64,000 nucleotides of DNA from an uncultured Acidobacteriota bacterium (GCA_963799925.1 CAWCYZ010000002.1:1425025-1489024), one strand, 5' to 3'; positions 1-9,114 are shown, counted from the first letter of the stretch. Program-made: numbers and translations. Notes: a model not told the origin generated them from the letters alone.

Positions 1-2
1 GC

Positions 3-125
3 CGCGACAACTCGGCCTCCGGCGCGACCTACACGGTGACCTCGTTCGACCCCACCGACTACGACCAGGACATCGTCTGGGCGGACGGCTTCTTCGTCCG
101 CTGGCCGCAGAAGGCGACCCCGTAA
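3..125 (+). CDS. 3' end of a GspG/PulG-like prepilin-type pilin paralog (5' part outside window)
   Basis: Frame 3 reads RDNSASGATYTVTSFDPTDYDQDIVWADGFFVRWPQKATP then TAA at 123-125. It is nearly identical to the C-terminus of the pilin at 1897-2424 (SAFDPTDYDKDIVWADGFFVRWPQKLTP). Confidence 0.7.
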   Translation, partial: RDNSASGATYTVTSFDPTDYDQDIVWADGFFVRWPQKATP

Positions 126-152
126 GAACCTGTGCCGCATCGGCCGTACGCG

Positions 153-181
153 AGGGCGCCCGTTCGGGCGCCCTTTGCGTT
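153..181 (+). terminator. putative intrinsic terminator after pilin paralog
   Basis: Perfect 9-bp stem AGGGCGCCC / GGGCGCCCT with GTTC loop, followed by TTGCGTT (weak U tract), 28 nt after the stop codon. Confidence 0.4.
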
Positions 182-221
182 GGCGGCGGGCCCCCCGCGG
201 TAACGCGATAGATTCCAGCCG

Positions 222-1604
222 ATGCGAGCCCGGCCCACCGCCCTGACGCTCCTCGCCCTGCCGCTCCTGCTCGCGGCCCTGCTGCCGGCGCCCTCCGCCG
301 CCGTCCCCGGCGGCCTGTCCGAGGCGTCGAGCTGGCTGCAGGGCTACTTGCGGATCGACACCACCAACCCGCCCGGCAACGAGGGGCGCGCCGCCGACTA
401 CCTCGCCGGCATCCTGGCCCGCGCCGGCATCCCGTCCCGGCGGGTCGAGACCGCGGCGCACCGGGTGAGCCTGTGGGCGCGCCTGGCGGCGCCGGCGAGC
501 GGCGGCCGCGCCGTGCTCCTCCTCCATCACATGGACGTGGTGACGCCGGGGCCGGGCTGGACGGTGCCGCCGTTCTCCGGGCTGGTCAGGGACGGCAGGC
601 TGTGGGGGCGCGGGGCGCTCGACGACAAGAGCCTGGGGATCGCCCAGCTCGCCGCCGTGGTCGACCTACAGCGCCGCGGCGGGCCGCACGGACGCGACGT
701 CGTCTTCCTCGCCGTCGCCGACGAGGAGAGCGGCGGCGGCGAGGGCACGGGCTGGCTGATCGCCCACCGCCCGGAGCTCTTCGCCGGCGTCGAGGGCGTG
801 GTGGGGGAGGGGGGCCGCAACCAGGTGGTCAACGGCCGGCTCCTCTGGTGGGGCGTCGAGGTGGCGCAGAAGCGCCCGCTCTGGCTCGCCGTCGAGGCCA
901 ACGGCCGCGGCGGCCACGCCTCGTCGCTCAACCCGGCGAGCGCCGTCCACGAGCTGGTGCAGGGCCTGGCGCGCGTCCTCGCGATGCCGGAGCGCTGGCG
1001 CGTCACGGCGCCGGCGCGCAGCTACCTCGCGGCGCTGGCGCCGCTCAGCAACGCCTACTGGCGGAAGATCCTCGGCCACATCGACGACTGGATCGGCGCC
1101 GGCGGGCCGCGCACCTTCCTCTTCCCGGGGATGGCCAACCTCTTCGTCGACACCGTGCAGGTGACGGTGCTCCAGGCCGGCGAGCGGATCAACGTCATCC
1201 CGGCGACGGCGCGGGCGCTGATCGACGTCCGCCTGCTGCCCGACACCGATGCCCAGGCCTTCCGCGCCGCGGTGGAGAAGGCGCTCGGCCGCGAGCTCAC
1301 GGTCAAGCTCCTGATCACCGCGCCGCCGGCCCCTCCCTCGCCCAGCGCCGGACGCCTCTACGGCGCGCTCGTCAAGGTCCTCGGCGCCGAGGCGCCGGTG
1401 GTGCCGGCGATGGTGCCGGGCTTCACCGACTCGCGCTTCTTCCGCCAGCGCGGGGTCGCCGCCTACGGCGTCTCGCCGTTCGCCCTCGAGGGGGCGGACT
1501 CGGCCGGCATCCACGGGGTGGACGAGCGCATCCCCATCGCCGCCTTCGATCGCGGCGTCGAGCGGCTGCGGCGCGCCGTGGCCGTCTACGCCGCGGCCCC
1601 CTGA
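222..1604 (+). CDS. M20 family metallopeptidase, secreted
   Basis: 460-aa ORF. It has a signal-like N-terminus MRARPTALTLLALPLLLAALLPAPSAA and M20 signatures HHMDVV, GRGALDDKS and VADEESGG. Confidence 0.85.
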   Translation: MRARPTALTLLALPLLLAALLPAPSAAVPGGLSEASSWLQGYLRIDTTNPPGNEGRAADYLAGILARAGIPSRRVETAAHRVSLWARLAAPASGGRAVLLLHHMDVVTPGPGWTVPPFSGLVRDGRLWGRGALDDKSLGIAQLAAVVDLQRRGGPHGRDVVFLAVADEESGGGEGTGWLIAHRPELFAGVEGVVGEGGRNQVVNGRLLWWGVEVAQKRPLWLAVEANGRGGHASSLNPASAVHELVQGLARVLAMPERWRVTAPARSYLAALAPLSNAYWRKILGHIDDWIGAGGPRTFLFPGMANLFVDTVQVTVLQAGERINVIPATARALIDVRLLPDTDAQAFRAAVEKALGRELTVKLLITAPPAPPSPSAGRLYGALVKVLGAEAPVVPAMVPGFTDSRFFRQRGVAAYGVSPFALEGADSAGIHGVDERIPIAAFDRGVERLRRAVAVYAAAP

Positions 1605-1840
1605 CGCCGGGGTCCTCCTGCCGCGTCTCCGTCGGGGCCCACCCGCCGGGCGATTCATGCATGGATACGCATGGGGTCTGTTGTGCCGCGGCTCTCGCCG
1701 GCGGCGGGTGACAGCGGTTTGCCGCGCGGGTGACCTTTTTTTTCACCCCGCCGGCGCCGGCTCGCCGTCCGCGCGCTCGGTTCTTTCGTAAGTCGCTGAT
1801 TTCGTTGAGGCGTCCGCCGGCGGCACGCGGGCGCGGCGAC

Positions 1841-1855
1841 TGGCACAGCGTTTGA
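1841..1855 (+). promoter_or_regulatory. candidate sigma-54 (-24/-12) promoter for pilin gene
   Basis: TGGCAC-agcgt-TTGA has the correct GG/-12 spacing, with one mismatch (A for C in the -12 GC). It lies about 40 nt upstream of ATG 1897. Pilin genes are classically RpoN/PilR dependent. Confidence 0.45.
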
Positions 1856-1896
1856 ACAAAGGAAAGCCGAAGCGAGTCCAAGGGAGGGAAGACAAG

Positions 1897-2424
1897 ATGA
1901 GCCACAAGCGCTCTTCTCAGGCGGGGTTTACCTTGATCGAGCTGCTGATCGTCGTTGCGATCATCGGCCTGATCGCCGCGATGTTGATCCCCAACATGCT
2001 CGACGCGTTCCAGAAGGCGAAGCAGAAGCGCACGCTCGCCGACATGCGCATCATGGGGACGGCGATGCTGTCGTGGCTCACCGATCAGGTGGGCGCCGCG
2101 GCGGCCGGCGCCAGCAGCACGACGGTGGTGACGATGAGCAACTATGGCACGCTGGTCGGTGCCCAGGGGCTCACCACCGTCCTGGTGCCGGAGTACCTGC
2201 AGGAGGTGCCGCAGCTCGACGGCTGGAAGCGGCCCTACGAGTACTACCTGCAGTTCACCAACCCTTCGGCGCAGCAGGTGATGGCGATCCGCAGCGCCGG
2301 CCGCGACGGCGTCGACGACAGCGCGACGTACAGCGTCAGCGCCTTCGATCCGACCGACTACGACAAGGACATCGTCTGGGCCGACGGGTTCTTCGTGCGC
2401 TGGCCGCAGAAGCTCACGCCGTAG
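1897..2424 (+). CDS. prepilin-type N-terminal cleavage/methylation pilin, GspG/PulG-like (candidate major pilin)
   Basis: SD GGGAGGG precedes ATG 1897. Class III signal KRSSQAG|FTLIELLIVVAIIGLIAAM has the G-F cleavage site and Glu+5. The ORF track start at 1852 (TTG) is less likely. Confidence 0.85.
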   Translation: MSHKRSSQAGFTLIELLIVVAIIGLIAAMLIPNMLDAFQKAKQKRTLADMRIMGTAMLSWLTDQVGAAAAGASSTTVVTMSNYGTLVGAQGLTTVLVPEYLQEVPQLDGWKRPYEYYLQFTNPSAQQVMAIRSAGRDGVDDSATYSVSAFDPTDYDKDIVWADGFFVRWPQKLTP

Positions 2425-2430
2425 GCCGCC

Positions 2431-2477
2431 GAGCCCGCTCCGGCACGGCCGCCCCGCGGCCGTGCCGGGACGGGCTC
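2431..2477 (+). terminator. strong GC hairpin after pilin gene (putative terminator, no U tract)
   Basis: Nested inverted repeat: GAGCCCG...CGGGCTC is the outer stem and CCGGCACGGCC / GGCCGTGCCGG the inner stem, with a 7-nt loop. It starts 7 nt after the stop codon. Confidence 0.45.
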
Positions 2478-2568
2478 GGGCGCCGCTGCCCTCCACCCTT
2501 CTCCGAGCTCCTTCCAGCGCGCTTCGCAGTGGCCGCCGCCGCGGGTTTCCTCGTATGATGCCGGTCCC

Positions 2569-3165
2569 ATGAGCGAGGCAGGGCGCTACACCCGCGGCAA
2601 AGGGCTGCTCGAACCCTACCTGGCGCGCCGCCGCGCGCGCCAGGCGAACCGGCTGCTCCCCGATCACCTGCGCAACGGCCGCATCCTGGACATCGGCTGC
2701 GGCTCGTTTCCCTATTTCCTGTCCCACACCTCGTTCCGCGAGAAGGTGGCGATCGACCAGCTCCCGCCGGCCGCCGCGCAGGCCGACATCGCCTGGCACA
2801 CGCTCGACCTGAACTCCGCGCCGCGGCTGCCGCTGCCCGACGGCCACTTCAGCGCGGTGACCCTCCTCGCCGTCGTCGAGCACCTCGACCCGACCAGCCT
2901 GGTGCAGCTCCTCGCCGAGGTGCGGCGGGTGCTCGCCCCCGGCGGCCGGGTGGTCATCACCACGCCGGCCCCCTGGTCGGACGGGCTGCTCCACTGGATG
3001 GCGCGGCGGTCGCTGGTCTCCGCCGAGGAGATCGAGGAGCACGTCTATGCCTACACCCAGGCGCTCCTCGGCTGGTACTTCGGCAAGGCGGACTTCCCGA
3101 TGCAGAAGATCCACTCCGGCTACTTCGAGCTCGGGCTCAACATGTGGGCGACGGCCGACGTCTGA
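2569..3165 (+). CDS. class I SAM-dependent methyltransferase
   Basis: 198 aa. Motif I is ILDIGCGSFPY, the acidic post-I is DL, and VLAPGGRVVITTP is present. Confidence 0.8.
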   Translation: MSEAGRYTRGKGLLEPYLARRRARQANRLLPDHLRNGRILDIGCGSFPYFLSHTSFREKVAIDQLPPAAAQADIAWHTLDLNSAPRLPLPDGHFSAVTLLAVVEHLDPTSLVQLLAEVRRVLAPGGRVVITTPAPWSDGLLHWMARRSLVSAEEIEEHVYAYTQALLGWYFGKADFPMQKIHSGYFELGLNMWATADV

Positions 3166-5711
3166 GCGCCCGGCCCGCTCGCCGCACCCTGGCGCCGGCG
3201 CTCCTCGCCGCGGCCTGGCTCGCCGCCCTCTTCGCCCCCCTCGCCCGGCCTGACCGCGCCCTCGCCAACCGCGACGTCGCCCTCTTCCACCTGCCTCTGC
3301 GCGCCGCCTTCGCGCGCCTCGCGGCGCTCGGGCCGCCGGTGTGGAACCCCTGGCTGAACGGCGGCCAGCCGCTGCTCTCGAACCCCAACTATGCCGCCTT
3401 CTACCCGCCCTCCTGGCTCGTCCTCGCGCTGCCGCCGGCCTATGCCCTCAACTGGCTGGTGATCGGCCACGCGGCGCTCGGCTTCGCCGGCGCCTACCGG
3501 CTGGTGCGGCGGCTGGGCGGCGAGCCGGCGGCGGCGGCGCTCGCCGCGCTCGCCTGGAGCGGCGGCGGCGCGGCGCTGTCGCTGGTCTCGGCCCTCACCC
3601 TCTTCTGCGGCATGGCGTGGCTGCCGTGGACGCTCACCTGGTGCGACGCCGCGCTGCGCCCCGGGCCGCCCGCCCACCGTCGGCGCTGCGCCCTCGCCGG
3701 CGGCGCCGCCCTGGCGCTCCAGGCGCTCAACGGCGAGCCGGCGACGGTCGCCGTCACGGCGCTCGCCGTCGCCTGCCTGGCGCTCTCCGCCGCCGGCGCG
3801 GCGCTACGCGAGGCGCGGGCCGGGCGGCGGGCCGCGCCGGCGCCCGAGCGGCGGTCCAGCCCCGCGGCGGCGGTGGCGCGGACGCTCGCTCCCCTGGCGC
3901 TCGCCGGCGTGGTCGCTCTCGGCCTCGCCGCCGTCCAGATCCTCCCCACCTGGGCGCGCCTCGCCGGCTCGGCGCGGGCGGGCGGCCTGCCGGCGGCGCG
4001 CGCCGCGGTCTGGTCGGCGCCGCCGGCGCGCCTCGCCGAGCTCGCCTGGCCGCGCTTCTTCGGCGATCCGGCGCGGCTCCAGGAGGGCCTCTACTTCGGC
4101 TGGCACTTGAACGACCGCGGCTACCCCTACGTGCCGTCGATCTATCCCGGCCTGCTGCTCTCGATCCTCGGCCTCTCGGCGCTGGTGCGCTCGCGGGTGC
4201 CGCGGCGCGGCGCCTGGGCGGCGGCGGCGCTCGCCGGCGCCGTCCTCGCCCTCGGGCGCCACGACCCGCTGTACGGCGCCCTGCGGCGGGTGGTGCCCGG
4301 CCTCGCGCTGCTGCGCTACCCGGAGAAGTTCGTCCTCCTCCTCATCGCCGCCCTGGTCTTCGCCGGCGCCCTGGGCTGGCAGTGGCTCGCCGCCGAGCGG
4401 CGGGCGGGGCGCCGCGACGCCGCCGACTTCCCGCTCGCGCTCGCCTTGGTCGTCCTGGCGACGGCGCTCGCTCTCGCCACGCTCTTCGCCCTGCGGCCGC
4501 ATGTCGCCGCCTGGCTGGTGACGGCCCATGGCGCGCCGCACCCCGGCGCCGGCGAGGTGGCGCGCGGGGTCGCCTTCCTGCGCGCCGAGGGGTGGGCGGC
4601 GGTGGCGAGCGCCGCCGCCGTCGCGGCGCTCTTCGCCCTCTGCCGCTTCGCGCGCCTGCCGGAGCGGGCCCTGGGCGCCCTCGCCGTCGCCCTCCTCGCC
4701 GGCGACCTCTGGCACTACGGCCACGGCCTGGTCGAGACGCTGCCCGCCGCCGCCTACCGGCTGCCGCCGCCGCTCGCCCGCACGCTGCTCGCGCGGGGCG
4801 GCGGGAGGGGAGCGCCGGGCGGCGGCGGCGGCGGCATCGCCGCGCTCGACCGCGTCTATGTCGAGCCGGCGGCCGAGGGCCAGCCGGACCTCGTCCTGCG
4901 CTCGGGAAACCCGGCGCTCTCGATCGTCCGCACCCAGCTGGCGCGGCTCGAGCCCTACTCGGGGGCGCTCTGGGGCCTGCCCTACGCCCTCGACGAGGAC
5001 TACGACCTGATGCTCACCTCCTGGGGCCGCCTGGCGCTCTTCGTCTTCCATGCCGAGGAGCGCTCGCCCGAGCTCGCCGACCGCTTCCTCGGCGCCTGGA
5101 ACGTCGGGGCGCTCGCCCTGCGCCGCCCGGCCGCCGAGTGGATCCCGGAGGCGCAGAAGAACGGCGTGCCGCGGCCGGCGCGGCTGGTGCCCAATCCGTT
5201 CGTCCTGCCGCGCTACCGCTTCCCGCGCCGGGTGAGCTTCCATCCGAGCTACGCCTCGGCCCTCGCCGTGGCGCGGCTCGGGGGCTACGACTTCGGCGCC
5301 GCCGAGAACTGCGTGCGGCCGGCCGGGAAGCCGGCGACGGTCGCCTACGCGGCGCCGGCGGTCCTCGCGCTCGACGACCGCGGCGGGCGCCTGCGGCTGC
5401 GCTACCGGGCCGGCGCGCCGGCCTTCTTCACCTTCGCGACGACCTACGACCCGGGCTGGGAGGCCATGGTCGACGGCGCGGCGCAGCCGGTCTACCCGAC
5501 CGCCGCCTGCCAGCTCGGGCTCGAGCTCCCCGCCGGCGAGCACGCCCTCGACCTGCGCTTCCGCGAGCCGCTCGCCGGCCTCGGCGGCGCCCTCAGCCTG
5601 CTGACCCTCGCCGCCTGCGCCGGCGCGCTGGCACGGCTGTCGCGGCCGCGCCGGCCAGGCTCGCCGCCCGCCGCGCCGCCGGCGCCGGGGACGGGCGCGG
5701 GATCGGCGTAG
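3144..5711 (+). CDS. large polytopic membrane protein, YfhO/GT-C-like (possible glycosyltransferase)
   Basis: 855-aa ORF with many hydrophobic segments. The N-terminal DVALFHLPLR...GPPVWNPWLNGGQPLLSNPNYAAFYPPSWL resembles the YfhO family. The start is uncertain (GTG 3144 overlaps the upstream gene). Confidence 0.6.
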   Translation: MGDGRRLSARPARRTLAPALLAAAWLAALFAPLARPDRALANRDVALFHLPLRAAFARLAALGPPVWNPWLNGGQPLLSNPNYAAFYPPSWLVLALPPAYALNWLVIGHAALGFAGAYRLVRRLGGEPAAAALAALAWSGGGAALSLVSALTLFCGMAWLPWTLTWCDAALRPGPPAHRRRCALAGGAALALQALNGEPATVAVTALAVACLALSAAGAALREARAGRRAAPAPERRSSPAAAVARTLAPLALAGVVALGLAAVQILPTWARLAGSARAGGLPAARAAVWSAPPARLAELAWPRFFGDPARLQEGLYFGWHLNDRGYPYVPSIYPGLLLSILGLSALVRSRVPRRGAWAAAALAGAVLALGRHDPLYGALRRVVPGLALLRYPEKFVLLLIAALVFAGALGWQWLAAERRAGRRDAADFPLALALVVLATALALATLFALRPHVAAWLVTAHGAPHPGAGEVARGVAFLRAEGWAAVASAAAVAALFALCRFARLPERALGALAVALLAGDLWHYGHGLVETLPAAAYRLPPPLARTLLARGGGRGAPGGGGGGIAALDRVYVEPAAEGQPDLVLRSGNPALSIVRTQLARLEPYSGALWGLPYALDEDYDLMLTSWGRLALFVFHAEERSPELADRFLGAWNVGALALRRPAAEWIPEAQKNGVPRPARLVPNPFVLPRYRFPRRVSFHPSYASALAVARLGGYDFGAAENCVRPAGKPATVAYAAPAVLALDDRGGRLRLRYRAGAPAFFTFATTYDPGWEAMVDGAAQPVYPTAACQLGLELPAGEHALDLRFREPLAGLGGALSLLTLAACAGALARLSRPRRPGSPPAAPPAPGTGAGSA

Positions 5712-5723
5712 AATCCGCGCACC

Positions 5724-6497
5724 GTGTCCTTCGAGATCTTCGTCGTCGCCTACGCGGCGGTCCTCGGCCTGATCGTCGGCAGCTACCTGAACGTCGTCAT
5801 CTACCGCCTGCCGCGGCGGATGTCGACCGTCCTGCCGCGCTCGCGCTGTCCGGCGTGCGGCGCGCCGATCGGCGCCCGCGACAACCTGCCGGTCGTCTCC
5901 TGGCTGCTCCTCGGCGGCCGCTGCCGCGCCTGCCGGGCGCCGATCTCGCCGCGCTACCCGTTGATCGAGGCGGCGACGGCGGCGCTCTTCGTCGGCTGCG
6001 TCCTCTGTTTCCAGGTGACGATCGCGGCGCTCGCCGCGGCGCTCTTCGGCGCCGTGCTGATCGCCCTCGCCGCGATCGACGTCGAGCACCTGCTGCTGCC
6101 CGACCGCCTGACCCTCCCCGGCATCGCCATCGGCCTCGCGCTGTCGCCGTTCCTCCCCTTCGGCGGCATCCGCTCGGCGCTCCTCGGGGCGGCCCTCGGC
6201 GCCGGCGTCCTCCTCGCCATCTCCGGCGGCTGGCTCCTCCTTCGCGGCGAGGAGGGGATGGGCTTGGGCGACGTCAAGATGCTCGCCATGATCGGCGCCT
6301 TCCTGGGCTGGAAGGGGATGGTGGTGACGCTCTTCTCGGCCTCGCTCCTCGGCGCCTTGGTCGGCGTCGTGCTGCTCGGCCGCAGCCGCGCCGGCCTCAA
6401 GACCAAGCTCCCCTTCGGCGCCTTCCTCTCGCTCGGCGGTCTCTTCGCCCTCTTCGCCGGCGCACCGCTCGTCGACCTCTACCTGAGGCTGCTGTGA
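5724..6497 (+). CDS. pilD: A24 family prepilin peptidase
   Basis: 257 aa. It has the N-terminal Cys pairs CPACG...CRAC, the motif GLGDVKMLAMIGAFLGW and multiple TM helices. Confidence 0.9.
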   Translation: MSFEIFVVAYAAVLGLIVGSYLNVVIYRLPRRMSTVLPRSRCPACGAPIGARDNLPVVSWLLLGGRCRACRAPISPRYPLIEAATAALFVGCVLCFQVTIAALAAALFGAVLIALAAIDVEHLLLPDRLTLPGIAIGLALSPFLPFGGIRSALLGAALGAGVLLAISGGWLLLRGEEGMGLGDVKMLAMIGAFLGWKGMVVTLFSASLLGALVGVVLLGRSRAGLKTKLPFGAFLSLGGLFALFAGAPLVDLYLRLL

Positions 6498-8338
6498 GCC
6501 CGCCCCGGCCGGCGCCGGGGCCGGGCCCGCGGCCGGCGCTGCGGGCCCGGCGCTTCCCGCGCCTCGGCCTGCGCAACGAGGTGCTGATCCTCCTGCCCGT
6601 GGCCCTCGTCCTCCTCGTGGTGCTCTCGACCTTCACCCTCTTCTCCTACCGCAGCGGCATCGCCCGCCTGACCGAGGAGCGCCGCGACGAGGCGGTGCGC
6701 CTGGCGCGCTCGGCGGCGCGCCCCGCCGCCGCCCTGGCCGCCGCCGGCTCGCCGGCGCCCTCGCCGGCCGAGCTGCGGGCCTGGGCGCCGGGGGCGCGCA
6801 GCGTCGCCCTCCTCGACGCCGCCGGGCGCCCGCTCGCCGCCGTCGGCGCCGCGGCCGGGGCCGAGGGGGAGGCCGACGGCTCCGGCTTCGCGCCGCTCGG
6901 CGGCCGGCGGCCGCTGGCGCCGCTCGCCGCGGGGCCGGACGAGCGGCTGCCCGACGCCGTCGCCGGCTTCGCGCCGCTCGGCGGCGGGCGCACGCTGCGG
7001 GTCGATCTCGCCGCCGCGGCGCTCGCCGGCCAGCGGCGCGGCCTCGCCGTGCTGACCGCCGTCGTCCTCGCCGTCGACAGCGCCCTCCTCGTCCTGGTGC
7101 TGGTCTTCCTGCGCCACCTCCTGCTCCCCTACGAGACCCTGCTGGCGCGCGCGCGGCAGGTGAGCGACGCCGGCGGCGCGCCGCGCGGGGACGCCGACGA
7201 GATCGAGTTCCTGCTCGCCACCTTCGAGCGCGCGGTGACCGCCTCGGCGGGGCGCCCCGGCAGCGCCGAGGACGACATCGCGGCGCTCGAGCGGACGCTC
7301 TCGGCGAGCCTGCAGAGCGGCCTCCTGCTGCTCGACCGCGCCGGCGCGGTGCTCGCCGTCAACGCGGTGGGCGCCGAGCTCCTGGGCGTCGCCGCGCCGC
7401 CTCCCGGCACGCCGCTCGCCGACTACCTGGCGAGCCAGCCCGAGCTCCTCGCCCTCCTCGCGGCGGCGGTCGCCGAGGAGGTCGGCATGTCGCGCCGGGA
7501 GGCGACGCTGCGCCGGCCGCTGGCCGCCGCCGGCGAGGCGCTCACCCTCGGCCTGACGGTCCATCCCCTGCGCCGCGACGACGGCTCGGTGCGCGGCTCG
7601 CTGGTGCTCTTCGCCGATCTCACCCAGGCGCGGCGGCGGGCCGAGGAGGAGCGCATCGACGAGAGCCTGGCGCAGCTCGGCGAGATGGCGGCCGGCGTCG
7701 CCCACGAGCTGCGCAACAGCCTGGCGACGCTCTCCGGCTATCTCACCCTCATCGAGCGGCGGCCGGACGAGGAGTCGATCGCCGACTTCCTGCAGGAGAT
7801 CCGCCACGAGACCGGCCACCTCGAGCGGGTGCTCGACGACTTCCTCGCCTTCGCGCGGCCGGGCACGGCGCGGCCGCGCGAGCTCGGGCTCTTCGCCCTG
7901 CTCTCCCGCGCCGCCGCCGATCCGGCCCTCGAGGGGATGGCGGTGGCGGTCGCCGCCGCCTCGCCCGAGGCCGCGGCGGCGCGGCTCTACGGCGATCCGC
8001 AGCTCCTCGAGCGCGCGGTGCGCAACCTGCTGCGCAACGCCGTCCAGGCCGAGCGCGAAGCGGGGCGCGCCGGGCCGGTCGAGGTGCGCATCGAGCGGAG
8101 CGCCGAGGGCGTCGAGGTGGCGATCGAGGACCGCGGCCGCGGTCTGCCGGCGCCGGTGCGCGAGCGCCTCTTCCAGCCCTTCGCCACCGGCCGCGCCGGC
8201 GGGGTCGGATTGGGCCTGCCGCTCGCCCACCGCATCGTCGCGCTCCACGGCGGCCGCGTCCGCGTCGAGGACCGTCCGGGCGGCGGCACGCGCGCCCTGA
8301 TCGCCTTCCCGCGCGAGTCGGTCCTCGAACAAAGTTGA
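6494..8338 (+). CDS. sensor histidine kinase (two TM, PAS, HisKA, HATPase)
   Basis: GTG 6494 overlaps the pilD stop (GTGA). TM segments are LILLPVALVLLVVLSTFTLF and LAVLTAVVLAVDSALLVLVLVFL. The H-box is VAHELRNSLATLSGYL, with N/G boxes LLRNAVQA, DRGRGLP and GVGLGLPLA. It is embedded in the artefactual 1665-aa track ORF 3341-8338. Confidence 0.85.
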   Translation: MSPPRPAPGPGPRPALRARRFPRLGLRNEVLILLPVALVLLVVLSTFTLFSYRSGIARLTEERRDEAVRLARSAARPAAALAAAGSPAPSPAELRAWAPGARSVALLDAAGRPLAAVGAAAGAEGEADGSGFAPLGGRRPLAPLAAGPDERLPDAVAGFAPLGGGRTLRVDLAAAALAGQRRGLAVLTAVVLAVDSALLVLVLVFLRHLLLPYETLLARARQVSDAGGAPRGDADEIEFLLATFERAVTASAGRPGSAEDDIAALERTLSASLQSGLLLLDRAGAVLAVNAVGAELLGVAAPPPGTPLADYLASQPELLALLAAAVAEEVGMSRREATLRRPLAAAGEALTLGLTVHPLRRDDGSVRGSLVLFADLTQARRRAEEERIDESLAQLGEMAAGVAHELRNSLATLSGYLTLIERRPDEESIADFLQEIRHETGHLERVLDDFLAFARPGTARPRELGLFALLSRAAADPALEGMAVAVAAASPEAAAARLYGDPQLLERAVRNLLRNAVQAEREAGRAGPVEVRIERSAEGVEVAIEDRGRGLPAPVRERLFQPFATGRAGGVGLGLPLAHRIVALHGGRVRVEDRPGGGTRALIAFPRESVLEQS

Positions 8339-8452
8339 TACCGAGCGTAGCGGAACGGCCGCCGCGCGGGCTCGCCGGGCCGCGCCCTTTGGAATCGCCA
8401 ACCGCCTTTCTTCTCCGCTACTTGGCGGCCGCGAGCCGGCCCTCCGCGGCGG

Positions 8453-8467
8453 CGGCACCGCCCTTGC
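8453..8467 (+). promoter_or_regulatory. candidate sigma-54 promoter for minor-pilin operon
   Basis: cGGCAC-cgccc-TTGC matches GGCAC-N5-TTGC with exact spacing, 18 nt upstream of ATG 8485. This implies a very short leader. Confidence 0.45.
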
Positions 8468-8484
8468 TCTCTCCTGGACCCAAC

Positions 8485-9090
8485 ATGCCTAGGCACAAGG
8501 GGTCTCCGGCGAGCGGGTTCACGTTGCTCGAGATGTTGGCGGTGCTGGCGCTGGCGTCGATCCTCATGGCGATCGGCGTGCCGCTGCTCAACAACTTCAT
8601 CCAGCGCAGCCACCTCGAGGGCTTCGCGCGGGAATCCTCCCTCCTCATCCAGGCGGCGCGCTTCAACGCCATCAAGAAGTCGAGCACGCAGTCGGTCGTC
8701 CGCCTCGACGTCGCCAAACACCAGCTGGTGAGCTTCGAGGACAAGGACAACGACGGCATCTACGACACCACCAAGGGCGACGTCGAGCTGGCGCGCAGCA
8801 CGCTGCCGGCCGGCGTCCTGTTCTGGGGCCCGCCCGACAGCGTCCCCAACGGGACGAACATCACGAACGGGCTCACCCCCGACCCCGGCGGCGGCACCCC
8901 CAACGTCGCCATCCTGCATCCCGACGGCTCGATCCAGGATGCCGGCGCCATCCGCTTGGGCGACCGCCACGGCAACTACCTGGAGGTCCTGATCACGCCG
9001 CAGGGGACGGCGCGGGTGCAGATCCTCAAGTGGGACGGCACCGCCTGGCGGGAGCAGGGCTACAACAACCAGGCCTGGACCTGGAACTGA
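8485..9090 (+). CDS. GspH/FimT-family minor pilin
   Basis: The prepilin motif HKGSPASG|FTLLEMLAVLALASILMAIGVP follows ATG 8485, about 200 aa. The track ORF start at 8335 would add a non-signal extension. Confidence 0.8.
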   Translation: MPRHKGSPASGFTLLEMLAVLALASILMAIGVPLLNNFIQRSHLEGFARESSLLIQAARFNAIKKSSTQSVVRLDVAKHQLVSFEDKDNDGIYDTTKGDVELARSTLPAGVLFWGPPDSVPNGTNITNGLTPDPGGGTPNVAILHPDGSIQDAGAIRLGDRHGNYLEVLITPQGTARVQILKWDGTAWREQGYNNQAWTWN

Positions 9091-9114
9091 CTTTAGTTCG
9101 CGGGGGACGAAACG

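Noticed and set aside
3341-8338. 1665-aa ORF in the six-frame track spanning several genes
   Set aside because: For most of its length it has Arg/Pro/Ala/Gly-only composition and runs out of frame across the YfhO-like gene and pilD. Only its last ~614 codons (from GTG 6494) form a real histidine kinase. This is a typical high-G+C stop-codon-poor artefact.
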